Source: Macrostomum lignano
Taxonomy: Eukaryota
Direction: 5' to 3'
DNA: 64,000 bases
NCBI GenBank assembly: GCA_002269645.1
Contig: NIVC01002856.1
Location: forward strand, 71,013 to 135,012
Part shown: piece after piece, positions 1 through 10,822 of the stretch
Layout of the letters: the number at the start of each line of letters is the position of its first letter
Numbering within the stretch: the stretch's first letter is position 1
Notes under the pieces: generated by a model
Databases searched by the model: none
What the model saw: only the letters and a program-made list of their open reading frames with translations
What the model was told of the DNA's origin: nothing
Translations under genes and position numbers: made by a program

Positions 1-284
1 TTTGGCAGTAAATCAATGCGTTCACTAAGAACTTCAGGCCGCCAAGCCGGGCGAACTGGAACACTGAAACCGTTCGATTGAAAATGACACCAGTCTGAAT
101 GCTTGATTGATTTGTACCTAATTTTCCTAAAAAGATATTTTGACTCACCAATCATATACTTATCCATAAAGTACATGATAAATGATGGTATCAAGGTCAA
201 ATGATCGGCTATCGTCTCCATGGACAAGAAAAAATTGAGCTTCGAATCGCTTGCGATTAGCTGAACAGAAATTAAACGGAATAA

Positions 285-930
285 TTACACTAAAATAACA
301 GAGAACAAAACCAAACGAAACCAGCAAGTTCTACTTACTCTGCAGACGAACACAAGGCTATAAAACACGTTAATTGCAAAGTCAACATGAATTGCGTTGA
401 ACCGGCTGCTCGAGTGACAGGACTGCAAGCTTTTCGAGAGGCCCGGATTAGCCGATGAGAATGAGTACGTCATAAAAACGTAAACTATGAACGAAACAAC
501 GACGCACATGGAGTACAGTGCGAGCTGAAAGGTGCAGTGTGCGGCTGTTGAATATTTATTTGACAAATTAACTCAAGAATATCACCATTAGGATCGATGT
601 GTGGTGTAACTTGTTATAATGGCTCACCAGTACTTTGCCGGCATTGTTTGCTCCCTTGACAAGCGCCATGCACTCCAGATGGATTCGCGTTTGAAGCGAA
701 GATCTGTGATCTTTGCCAAACAGCTTGCGCCGATTCATGTCTTCAACCTCCTTGTTCCGCTTGGAGCACGTGTCATTAATTAGATGGAAGGCAGCTGCGG
801 TGAGCAGCGCCGCAAAGTACACACCAGCTGCGGAGCCGACAACAATCTGCCACAGGGTGGTACGGCAGTAGGGTGCTGCTGTCGCGGGTCCTGATAGGTT
901 TCCTGTAGACATGCTGAGAAGGACCTCCAA
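285..930 (-). pseudogene. Possible C-terminal (TM5-TM7-like) fragment of a 7TM membrane protein, broken by a 1-nt frameshift near 567
   Basis: ORF 568-930 has a hydrophobic helix (LWQIVVGSAAGVYFAALLTAAAF), a basic loop and HHTSILMVIFLS*. ORF 285-566 continues in the next frame with LALYSMCVVVSFIVYVFMTYSF. Removing one base at 567-570 joins them. No diagnostic GPCR motif seen. Confidence 0.25.
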
Positions 931-3470
931 TCCTTAGAGCTCGGCTCCCTCGCTAGTGTCCCAGCTGAGAGCTGTCAGTGTTCCCTCTGTGATTGGAGTA
1001 GAGGGAGTTTCACCTGCAACAGCTTTCACCTACGCGTTCTTCTCTAACATTTCTATTCCAGCCAAGCTTTTCTGTTTCTGCGCCTGGCTTACTTATTTAG
1101 GAATACGGCAGCACTTCCATATAGCCTTCTAACTGAATAGATATACGCTGGAAAGATACATGGACTGGAACACTTACACGCGCTTGTGTTGTCAAAGCGT
1201 GTGCGCATCTGTATCTGCTTCTGCGGTGAGCAAGCAAGAAAGCCAGCGTAAACCGAACTGTGCTTCTCTCCACAATGTGCTCTGCTCTTTAACAGAGAAG
1301 CGAATCTAATTGGACAGGCCGCTTGCTGAGCGAGGTGGTCGCACGACGGTGGTCGCACAAACGCACGTCAACACAATGGCGGTGGGGTTTCCCAGACTCT
1401 CTGCTGCCCCTCTTGTCTGCCACTATGTTCAGCCGGATTCAAACGCAGGACTAGTATCTGCGTCCATTTGACCATACTTTCTACACCCAGCCGAGCTCAC
1501 TGCCCTGGTGCAGCTGGCAGCTTCTCAGTGTACTCAGTGCGACCAAACTTGAGAAGCCTCAAGTCCTCCAATTTTTCTACACAGTGCACAATGACTGAAG
1601 TTTTAATACGTTTCCCCATACGGTGCACTTTGCCACTGATAGCTGCTGCATGAAAGAACTTAACCATTTAATATTCTGTTTTTGTAGGTATAGCCAGGGA
1701 AGCCTCTATGGTCGCTGCGCTAGTTTAGGCAGCATACAAGTTTAGGGGTAAAAACCCAATTGGAAAGCAGTGAATGAATATTGAGCAACGTTTTTTTCAT
1801 TTCTATGATTGATAACTTTTTAACTAAAAGTCATAGAAAGATGCGGTTTGCACTATTCAACGCAAAACATTCAGAACTTTAGGTCTCCAAGTTGATAGAG
1901 TTGGGGTACTGAGAGTTTGTTACAAAGAACCTTTCCGAAAAATGCAGCGAGCAGATCCGGTAGTTGTGCTTTGGATCGCAGAGCAACTTCTCCAACTCTG
2001 CTGCTGTCCACTTTCGGGGAATTGCAGAGATCCATTTTCCAGAAGCTCCGGCTGTGTATATATTCTTTTTCCAGTTAGCAAGCTATGAAATACGAGAGGT
2101 GTTACAAAGTTTCGCGTACAAACTGCTCTAGCGAGAAATCGATAAGCAGCCGCATCATTTCATATTCTATGCCATTCCCCTAAACTTGCGCAGCGACCAT
2201 AGAGGCTTCCCTGGTATAGCTTTTGCCATGCTAAGTTATCCGACGTATATATCCGACTTTGAAAACGTGTATAATAAAGACAGGTTGGGCCATAGACAAC
2301 ACGCAAAGTTCTGATGAGAAACCCGACTGAGAGAGAGACAACCAAGCCCGGCCCAGGATGGTCAATCGTTTTCCCTATCAATTTACTGATATTCCTACTA
2401 ACTTATTTCACCAGTAGAGAATTGCCCATTCTGTGGATTTTCTGTGTCGCCATTTTGCACAGACACAGTGAACCTTCAGTTGACTGCAGCAACACTCGAC
2501 ACTTTATAAAATCATCTAGAAAGCTATCTGAATGCTTCTGTCGAAATTTCTCAAAACTAGTCAAGAGTAGTTGCCATCACAGTCCGTCTAAAGCAGTTCC
2601 AACAAGTAGCAACTGTAATCCGATCATTTCAGAAGATAGTAGCAGCTTCTCAATGCGTCCCCCGATACTATCTCATTCTGTTTTTTAGCCTCTGTTTCAA
2701 TAAAGGAATTGAGAACTAAATAAAAGAGACGCCGCCATCTAAGTAAGCAATGAGCGCTCACTCATCTAAGAAGAATTTCGGTCCGCCTTTTCTTTTGTGC
2801 CTCGAATGGCCTTCTTCATTTCTAAGCCATGCTGCTGCTGTGGGTCAATGCAAAGCTCGAGCTTCGAGGGCGTGAGCGGTAGCAGAGGGCGGCTGGAGCC
2901 AGAACTCAGTAGAATAAGTGACTCATTCGTTGCGAACATTCTTGAAGACTTAAAGCTAATAGCGTTGTATAGAAAGGCTAGCTTCACGCCCTCTCGCGTT
3001 TAGCACCTTTAGAGTGCATAATTTCAGAATGAGCTGCTCTCACTGTACAATAGTTAGCGGCAGAACTTGCAGCCGTTAAGTCCCACTGATCGTGTTTTGA
3101 ATCAAAACCGGACTTTATGAGCTCGTATTTGCACCATCAATTTCTCAAAACTATTTAGCAAAGCTTTGAATCGTGCTACCAATCCTGTGGGTGAATTTTA
3201 GCATGCAGGCAGGATTAGCTTTTTGATTTCTTGGTAAAATGGTGAATGTATTACTCACTTAAGTAGAATTTATGAAAAATGATAGGTATTTCAAATTTAT
3301 TGTTTCTTTTTATCAAATATATTTACGTTTACTTACTGTACAAGTAGTTTAGTGAATATTATTCCTGTGAAATGAGTACATGATGCCAAAGAAATTCTCC
3401 TCGTTTCAGGGGAATAATACAAAGAATGTATCCCACGAAAGCCGGGAACGAAGATTATGAAATCGATTCA

Positions 3471-4710
3471 GCGGTGAATCTGAGTGTTGTCTATGGCAGC
3501 GGGGTGAATCTGGGTGTTGTCTATGGCAGCGGGGTGAATCTGGGTGTTGTCTATGGCAGCGGGGTGAATCTGGGTGTTGTCTATGGCAGCGGGGTGAATC
3601 TGAGTGTTGTCTATGGCAGCGGGGTGAATCTGAGTGTTGTCTATGGCAGCGGGGTGAATCTGAGTGTTGTCTATGGCAGCGGGGTGAATCTGAGTGTTGT
3701 CTATGGCAGCGGGGTGAATTTGAGTGTTGTCTATGGCAGCGGGGTGAATCTGAGTGTTGTCTATGGCAGCGGGGTGAATCTGAGTGTTGTCTATGGCAGC
3801 GGGGTGAATCTGAGTGTTGTCTATGGCAGCGGGGTGAATCTGGGTGTTGTCTATGTGGATCTGGGTGTTGCCTATGGCAGCGGGGTGAATCTGAGTGTTG
3901 TCTATGGCAGCGGGGTGAATCTGGGTGTTGTCTATGGCAGCGGGGTGAATCTGGGTGTTGTCTATGGCAGCGGGGTGAATCTGGGTGTTGTCTATGGCAG
4001 CGGGGTGAATCTGGGTGTTGTCTATGGCAGCGGGGTGAATCTGAGTGTTGTCTATGGCAGCGGGGTGAATCTGAGTGTTGTCTATGGCAGCGGGGTGAAT
4101 CTGAGTGTTGTCTATGGCAGCGGGGTGAATCTGAGTGTTGTCTATGGCAGCGGGGTGAATCTGAGTGTTGTCTATGGCAGCGGGGTGAATCTGAGTGTTG
4201 TCTATGGCAGCGGGGTGAATCTGGGTGTTGTCTATGTGGATCTGGGTGTTGCCTATGGCAGCGGGGTGAATCTGAGTGTTGTCTATGGCAGCGGGGTGAA
4301 TCTGGGTGTTGTCTATGGCAGCGGGGTGAATCTGGGTGTTGTCTATGTGAATCTGGGTGTTGCCTATGGCAGCGGGGTGAATCTAGGTGTTGTCTATGGC
4401 AGCGGGGTGAATCTAGGTGTTGTCTATGGCAGCGTGGTGAATCTGGGTGTTGTCTATGGCAGCGGGGTGAATCTGGGTGTTGTCTATGGCAGCGGGGTGA
4501 ATCTGGGTGTTGTCAATGTCAGCGGGGTGAATCTGGGTGTTGTCTATGGCAGCGGGGTGAATCTGGGTGTTGTCTATGGCAGCGGGGTGAATCTGGGTGT
4601 TGTCTATGGCAGCGGGGTGAATCTAGGTGTTGTCTATGGCAGCGGGGTGAATCTGGGTGTTGTCTATGGCAGCGGGGTGAATCTGAGCGTTGTCTATGGC
4701 AGCAGGTTGA
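3471..4710. repeat. 30-bp minisatellite (GGCAGCGGGGTGAATCTG[A/G]GTGTTGTCTAT), ~41 copies, with a few half-unit (15-bp) variants
   Basis: Direct inspection; 10-aa periodicity in ORF 3426-4721. Confidence 0.97.
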
Positions 4711-5383
4711 ATGCTTACTGAGGCTTTTCGCTAAAAAAACAAAAAACTGATTCTGCAACGACCGATAACAAGAATCTCAAAATAATATGAATTTAATCTA
4801 TTGAATCAGAGCGCATCAGAAAATATAACATCTGGATAATCATGTTTTTCTACGAGTTTTCTACGAGTAGATCGATTTTGGCGAGTTAATCTAAAGATGA
4901 TAGTAAAAGCAGCATTATCTTTCCCGAAGCAATTCTATCGGTTAAACTACGAATCGCATTTGGTTCGAAAAACCCAGTCAGAGTCCAGTATCAAGCAAAA
5001 TTACACAGAAAAAGGAATTGCCATTCAAATATTGCAAAATCAAAATGTGTAAAAATGTTCAAAAAGAAAATCTGAATGATAAACAATTCTAAAGACTAAA
5101 TGGAATGCACGAACGAGGTTAAAGAAAGACATGACGGATACTATTATCTACAAAGCTTAGAATACAAGCGTATCATCCGAAAATGATTAACGGTGCTTTA
5201 ATGGCGTGACAATGGCCGTCGAATATCTCAAGAACCCACCGGTGCGAGCACTCGAGAGGCAGTGCATGAGGGTGGCACCATTGTATCGAGTTGTTCAAAG
5301 TGCGGTAAATTTCTTCTGTTTTCAAAATTTTAAAATTGGATTTCGATGTTGTCAAGGTTGTTGTATGTTGTGTCGATGTTGTA

Positions 5384-5570
5384 CACTCGATTTTCTTAGA
5401 AATGAGCAAGAGGCCAATGAGGGACTTTTATTCGTATTATTGGTGCATTCGGGAATGAACCGGGTTCCACTGTAGACAAATTCGGTCGAGAATAGTTCAC
5501 TCTAAAAAACCCGATCCAAAAATCTCTGTTTTTGTACCGGCATCCAGCTCATTTCTAAGAAAATCGAGTG
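5384..5570. mobile_element. 187-bp MITE-like element bounded by perfect 24-bp inverted repeats
   Basis: 5384-5407 CACTCGATTTTCTTAGAAATGAGC is the exact reverse complement of 5547-5570. No TSD recognisable. Confidence 0.5.
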
Positions 5571-5646
5571 CCTTCTACTTCAGCTGTTATTGGGGTAACT
5601 TTGCTTGCTTACTGGTCAGTTGAGCTTTAAGAAACTCAGATATTTT

Positions 5647-7303
5647 TTATGAAGTAAGATCCGAATAAACTTTCTTCAATGAGCCTAGAAGAAAATAAAA
5701 CTGTTTTGTCAGCTTGCTGCGCATGTCGGGGACCTGGAAGAGTTTCGAGCCGAACTGGTTCTCCTGCGGATTGCGCGAGATTAGCGCCGTCACTCGGGTG
5801 TGCAGTTGCAGCAGATCCTCCTTGGCTCCATACGCCTCCACCACCCGGCACAGGACGCGAATATATGCCGAGCCGCTTTGCGAATCCCTGTAGGCGATGT
5901 ACTTTTCGCTGGTCGCATAGCCAAAGAAGAAGTCGACACCTTTAGGCGCGAATAAGACGCCACCCGTGTTCGGCTCCTCCGCCTCATCGTCGTCATCGGT
6001 GATCGCTGTGGCGACCTGGTCGGCAGACGCTCCCACGGCCACGGCTCGTGTGGTGGCGAAATTACGTTGCTGACGCTCGCCACGACAGGCCTGTCGGAAC
6101 AATGATTAATTATGGGAATTTGAGTTCTCTAGAAACATGTTTATACACTGGTAAAAGGAATAAAAATGAGGTTATTCGCTTTACCTGAATAAAAAACAGC
6201 TTTGGCTTGCCAGCTAGTCCGGCGCAAACGTCGCTATCGAAGAAAGATGCGATGCGGCCAAGGCTGATGTACTGCCCGTCGGAGCCCACGATCTGGTTGT
6301 TGGTGCCGTGCGACATGAGGAAGCATACGAACGAGTCGTAATTTTCATGATTCTTCAAAGCGATGCGCATGGCAGCCTTGCAGATTCCGGCTGCAGTTGG
6401 GTCAGCTATGCTTCGAACCCGGTATCCAAGTCGCTGCAATAGGCGGCTCACCCGCTCCACATCCACGAGGCTGCCGTTCCGTGTAGGGAATTCGCTGGGA
6501 TTGGCGAATCGCTCGACGTTAATTAGCAGGCAGTAGCCATGCGGACGCTGGCAGTGAGGGTAGATATTTGAGGAAGGCAGGCTGTTGATCGGCTCGAATA
6601 GAGGCTCCGACTGTGGCTGCTGCTGCTGCTGCTTAGCTGCCGTTTGCGCACGCTGCATGACTGGTCCGCCTTCCGAGCTACTCCGATGAAGCTTCTCAGA
6701 TCGGCCTTTCCAGACATCGTCTTTTACTGATTCAAATGCTTCTAAATCTTGCTGTTGCTGCTGTTGCTGCTTGGGCTTTAGCTGCTGAAGCCGAGGAGTT
6801 ACCAGCGGAAACCTGTAAAATAGTAAAGGTAACGGTACATGAGCATCCGACATACCAATCGACAGTGGATGATTGCAAAACGATACTGAGATTCGTCTAG
6901 TTTTACTCGACGACGAATCAACTTTTTTTCAGACAATTGATGAGACAATATCTTTAGAAATCCAAGCTAATAAAGTAAATATTTTATTTTCAGGCGCTCG
7001 CAATTTCACCGCGACGAAAATTAAAAAATGAGAAAGGAAAGCAGGTAATGGATGGCTGGTATATAAGAATTTAAATGCAGTAAAATACCTTAAGGACGGC
7101 TGTTTTTGTTGTTTTTGCTGTTCTTGCTGCTGCTCTTGCTGCTGTTTGCTCTGCTGTTGTTGTTGCTGTAGCTGAAGCTCTTCCACGACCTGCGAGTCCG
7201 AGGTTGTTCTCTGTCGAACTAGCGATGGCTTTCTGCGCTGGCAGCTGGAGTTGCGGCGTTCAAGCAAGGGACGGTTACTCCTGCTGAGGTTTTGGCGGGG
7301 CAT
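5647..7303 (-). CDS. Caspase (caspase-8/10-like catalytic domain) with a Gln-rich N-terminal region; exons 7089-7303 (or from 7280 if fused), 6185-6812, 5647-6090
   Basis: Motifs GYCLLIN, TRNGSLVD, FLMSHG (catalytic His), LAGKPKLFFIQ|ACRG (catalytic Cys across the phase-0 intron 6091-6184) and YIAYRDSQSGSAYI. Both GT-AG introns are phase-compatible. Confidence 0.93.
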
Positions 7304-7380
7304 TTTAATATCATTTATTCGGAGGTCCTACTGTTCATATAGCTTAAAAGATAAATGTGAGAAATTCATGCTATAGCTGC

Positions 7381-10300
7381 TCACTGAAAAAATGGCAGCG
7401 CTAGCAGGTGTTGAACTCCGGGTCGTCGTTTACGCCTGCGCTGCGTGCACAGCCGATAAAGCTCGCCAAGAGCCGCTGAGCTGTCGATCGGCAGGCTCGG
7501 CATTGAGCCAACACAGATGCTGGCGTGCAGACGGTCGAAATTGCGGCTCTGCTCTGCGTTCGGCGGCCGCCCAGAGGCCAACTCAAACACCAGACAGCCG
7601 AAAGCCCACACATCGGATTTGGTAGTGAATTCTGCGCCTGCAGAGTGCAGAACTTCTGGGGCTAGGTAGCACGGCGAGCCCCATTCGCGCGGACGAGCCG
7701 TTCGCTGCTGGCGCATGCATAGCGAGAAGCCGACCAACTTCAGACTGCTGTTCGGCTGTAGCAGAACGCTCTTGCATTTCACGTTGCGATGCACCAAAGC
7801 AGGGCGTTGTTCGTGAAGATATAGCAAAGCTGATGCTATCTGGAATATCAATTTAGTTTAAGTTGTCATGTAAAACGGGATTTTTGGAAGTTAAAAAACC
7901 CAGTAATTCGTGTATTCGTGACGAAAGTCAACGCTTTTAAACTGCTGCTGATAAGTCAGGGTTGGTGAGTGGGTAAGAGCGGAGTAATGAAACACACCGA
8001 AAGTCTAATTAAAACGATTAGTTAACTGACTAGCAATCTAGTGCGGCCCCAATCGGGCGCCCAATAAGCAAGGAGCAAAATAGTTCATAGAAAATAATTT
8101 AAAAATCATTTTTTCTTTAAAACAAATACCTTCTTCACTTTTAAAAATCACCTTATTCATGTAAAATAGTCACGGACAATGATATTTGCTATGAATTCTC
8201 TTTTTTCTAAAATTAATAAATCGACAACAAAATATAGCTTTCACAAAGATAACAGACATTCTCCCTAAATAGAAAATATTCCCAAGACAGCAAGCATCCA
8301 TCCATATAGCAAGCACCCCCTCCAAAAGTAAGCAACCGCAGATAGCAAGCATCCCCTAATACTCGTAGCAAGCATCCACCCAGATAGCAAGCATCACCCC
8401 AGATAGCAAGCATCACCCCAGATAGCAAGCATCCTGCAGATAGCAAGCATGATCCCCCAGATAGAAGCATCCACCCAGATAGAAGCATCCACCCAGATAG
8501 CAAGCATCCACCCAGATAGAAGCATCCACCCAGATAGAAGCATCCACCCAGATAGCAAGCATCCACCCAGATAGCAAGCATCCTGCAGATAGCAAGCATG
8601 ATCCCCCAGATAGAAGCATCCACCCAGATAGCAAGCATCCACCCAGATAGCAAGCACCCCCCCCCAGATATTGTAGAAGCATCCACCCAGATAGCAAGCA
8701 TCCTGCAGATAGCAAGAATCTCTGAATAGCAGGCATCCCTGGATAGAAAAAATACCATACATGTAGCCAGTACCGCCCCTCTCTCAAATAGCAGGTACCC
8801 CCCCCCCCTCGAGAGCAAGCATCCTCCAGATAGCAAGCATCCACCAGACAGCAAGTAGCTAGTGCAAATGTGTTACCTCTGCTAATGCAATAATCGCTTT
8901 CTCAGGTTGTGCAACAATCCACGTCTCAGCTAGCGCAATAATCAGCTTCTAAGCCAGTGAAATAATCATTTTCTCATCTAGTGCAATAATCATTTACTCA
9001 TCAAGTCCAAAAATCAATGTCTCTGCTAGTGCAATAGCCCTTTCTAATCTAGTGCAATAATCCTTGGCTTATCAAGTGCAATAATCCTTGGTTTATCAAG
9101 TGCAGTAATCCTTGGTTTATCAAGTGCAGTAATCCTTGGTTTATCAAGTGCAATAATCCTTGGTTTATCAAGTGCAGTAATCCTTGGTTTATCAAGTGCA
9201 ATAATCTGTCGCTTATCAAGTGCAATAATCCTTGGTTTATCAAGTGCAATAATCCTTGGTTTATCAAGTGCAGTAATCCTTGGTTTATCAAGTGCAATAA
9301 TCCTTGGTTTATCAAGTGCAATAATCCTTGGTTTATCAAGTGCAATAATCCTTGGTTTATCAAGTGCAATAATCCTTGGTTTATCAAGTGCAATAATCTG
9401 TCGCTTATCAAGTGCAATAATCCTTGGTTTATCAAGTGCAGTAATCCTTGGTTTATCAAGTGCAATAATCTGTCGCTTATCAAGTGCAATAATCCTTGGT
9501 TTATCAAGTGCAGTAATCCTTGGTTTATCAAGTGCAATAATTTTTGGCTTATCATTGCATTTCAAGTCGAAAGAGCTGCTTGACCTTTGCATAAAAACAC
9601 GTTTTTTGAATATTTAATCCCTTTAGCATCGAGCAATTTCTTAGTTACGATGCATGTACCGTCCAAGGACTACAGTACTTAACAAGGAGTTGTTAAGTAG
9701 TCCTTGGTACCGTCACGGAAAAATTTCTGATCGAACAGTGCAAGTTCGAAGAAAATCGGTTGAGCCATTTTTGCTAAAATCGATCACACAATACCTACCT
9801 ACCTACCTACCGACAGACCATTTTTAGTATATGGATGATACCTGTCGGCAGTAGGATCGGAGGTCGCCTTCTCTAAATCCGGCCTTTCGCTGAGTCAGAA
9901 TGGAGCGCAGATTGCGGCCTTCAACTAGCTCCGTGAGGACTGTCAGACAGCCGGAGCTGTCGCTCAGCACTTTCACGAGTCGAACAATGCAGTCGTGCCT
10001 CAGTTTGCGAAGAATAAGACAGCTTGCCCGAAACTGTTTCAGCGTCTCCTCTGGACATCCGGGCGTTGTTCTGTACGCAGCGGCCGGCATCCCGTGCAGG
10101 TCAGCGCGGAATACAGAGCCGAACCGGCCGCGGCCCAGCAGGCGTTCTCGATCAATTTGACAGGCCTGCGCATCCTCCTCATCTTGTTCATTTTCGTCCT
10201 CTTCGATTAATTCTTCAAAATCCGTCCCTTCCAGCTCGAAATAATCCTCATCCTCGTCGTCTGTCTTCCGGTACTTGTCCAGACCGCGGGCTCCGGCCTC

Positions 10301-10490
10301 GTCATCATCGTCCAGCTCCTCGGTGGCGTCGCTCTCTCCAAGCCGGCGCTGTTGCAGGAGGACCTCGGGTGCGCTGGCACCTACTTCAGCTCGGCCGCCC
10401 AGGAGGCAGCGATCAGATTTCACCGGTCTGAGGGCTTGCGTCGGCGTCGGAGGCGACGGCGACAGCAGAGGCTTAAGCGACTGCATCGTT
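7381..10490 (-). CDS. Pseudokinase 2 (STE11/MAP3K-like fold) with an acidic N-terminal linker; exons 9842-10490 and 7381/7385-7839
   Basis: LGRGRFGSVF, AAAYR (no VAIK Lys), LRHDCIV, LVHRNVKCKS (HRD to HRN), KLVGFS (no DFG Asp), GSPCYLAPE, KSDVWAFG, RRP..LL..PFF. Phase-0 intron 7840-9841 (CAG|GTATCA...TTCCAG|ATA). Confidence 0.9.
8340..8850. repeat. 18-20-bp degenerate minisatellite (CCCAGATAGCAAGCATCCA) in the pseudokinase-2 intron
   Basis: Direct inspection. Confidence 0.92.
9050..9555. repeat. 24-bp minisatellite (TTATCAAGTGCAATAATCCTTGGT), ~21 copies, in the pseudokinase-2 intron
   Basis: Direct inspection; 8-aa periodicity in the minus-strand ORFs. Confidence 0.96.
9656..9714. other. 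Bulged hairpin (18-bp stem, 5-nt bulge, GGAG loop) flanked by GTACCGTC direct repeats
   Basis: CCAAGGAC-[TACAG]-TACTTAACAA GGAG TTGTTAAGTA-GTCCTTGG; GTACCGTC at 9656-9663 and 9707-9714. Confidence 0.6.
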
Positions 10491-10822
10491 CTGTTTGTTA
10501 CAACAGCGGAAACAAGCATTATTATGGCATTACTTTAACAGGAAATTATTATTCAGTAATTTTTTTAGAAGAGGAAATCCTGATCCTGAAGTGTTTTTTT
10601 TAGACAATCTAATTTATAGCTCATACTTTCTAGCTCATATTTATAGCTCATAGCTCATACTTTCTTAGAATAGAATCGACTTGACATTATCGAACATCGG
10701 CCAAAACATTTTTCAGTTTTTTTTTAACCAAGACCTTGCTTTCCATGTTTTCCATTCTAAACGCCCCTCTCAATTCTGATATTTCTAAGCTTTTATTACC
10801 AGCCTCAGGCAATAGCGAGGAC

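Noticed and set aside
2314-3003. Short ORFs on both strands
   Set aside because: No motifs, internal stops in the most protein-like frame and no consistent exon chain.
3426-4721. 431-aa ORF (VNL[S/G]VVYGSG)n, resembling a beta-solenoid or ice-binding repeat protein
   Set aside because: It lies almost wholly in a 30-bp minisatellite whose unit is stop-free in several frames (also QRGESECCLW and a reverse frame), so a long ORF is expected by chance. Only transcript or peptide evidence would rescue it.
8213-9592. Repetitive ORFs (ACYLGG, KPRIIALD, LLHLINQG)
   Set aside because: Translations of two intronic minisatellites.
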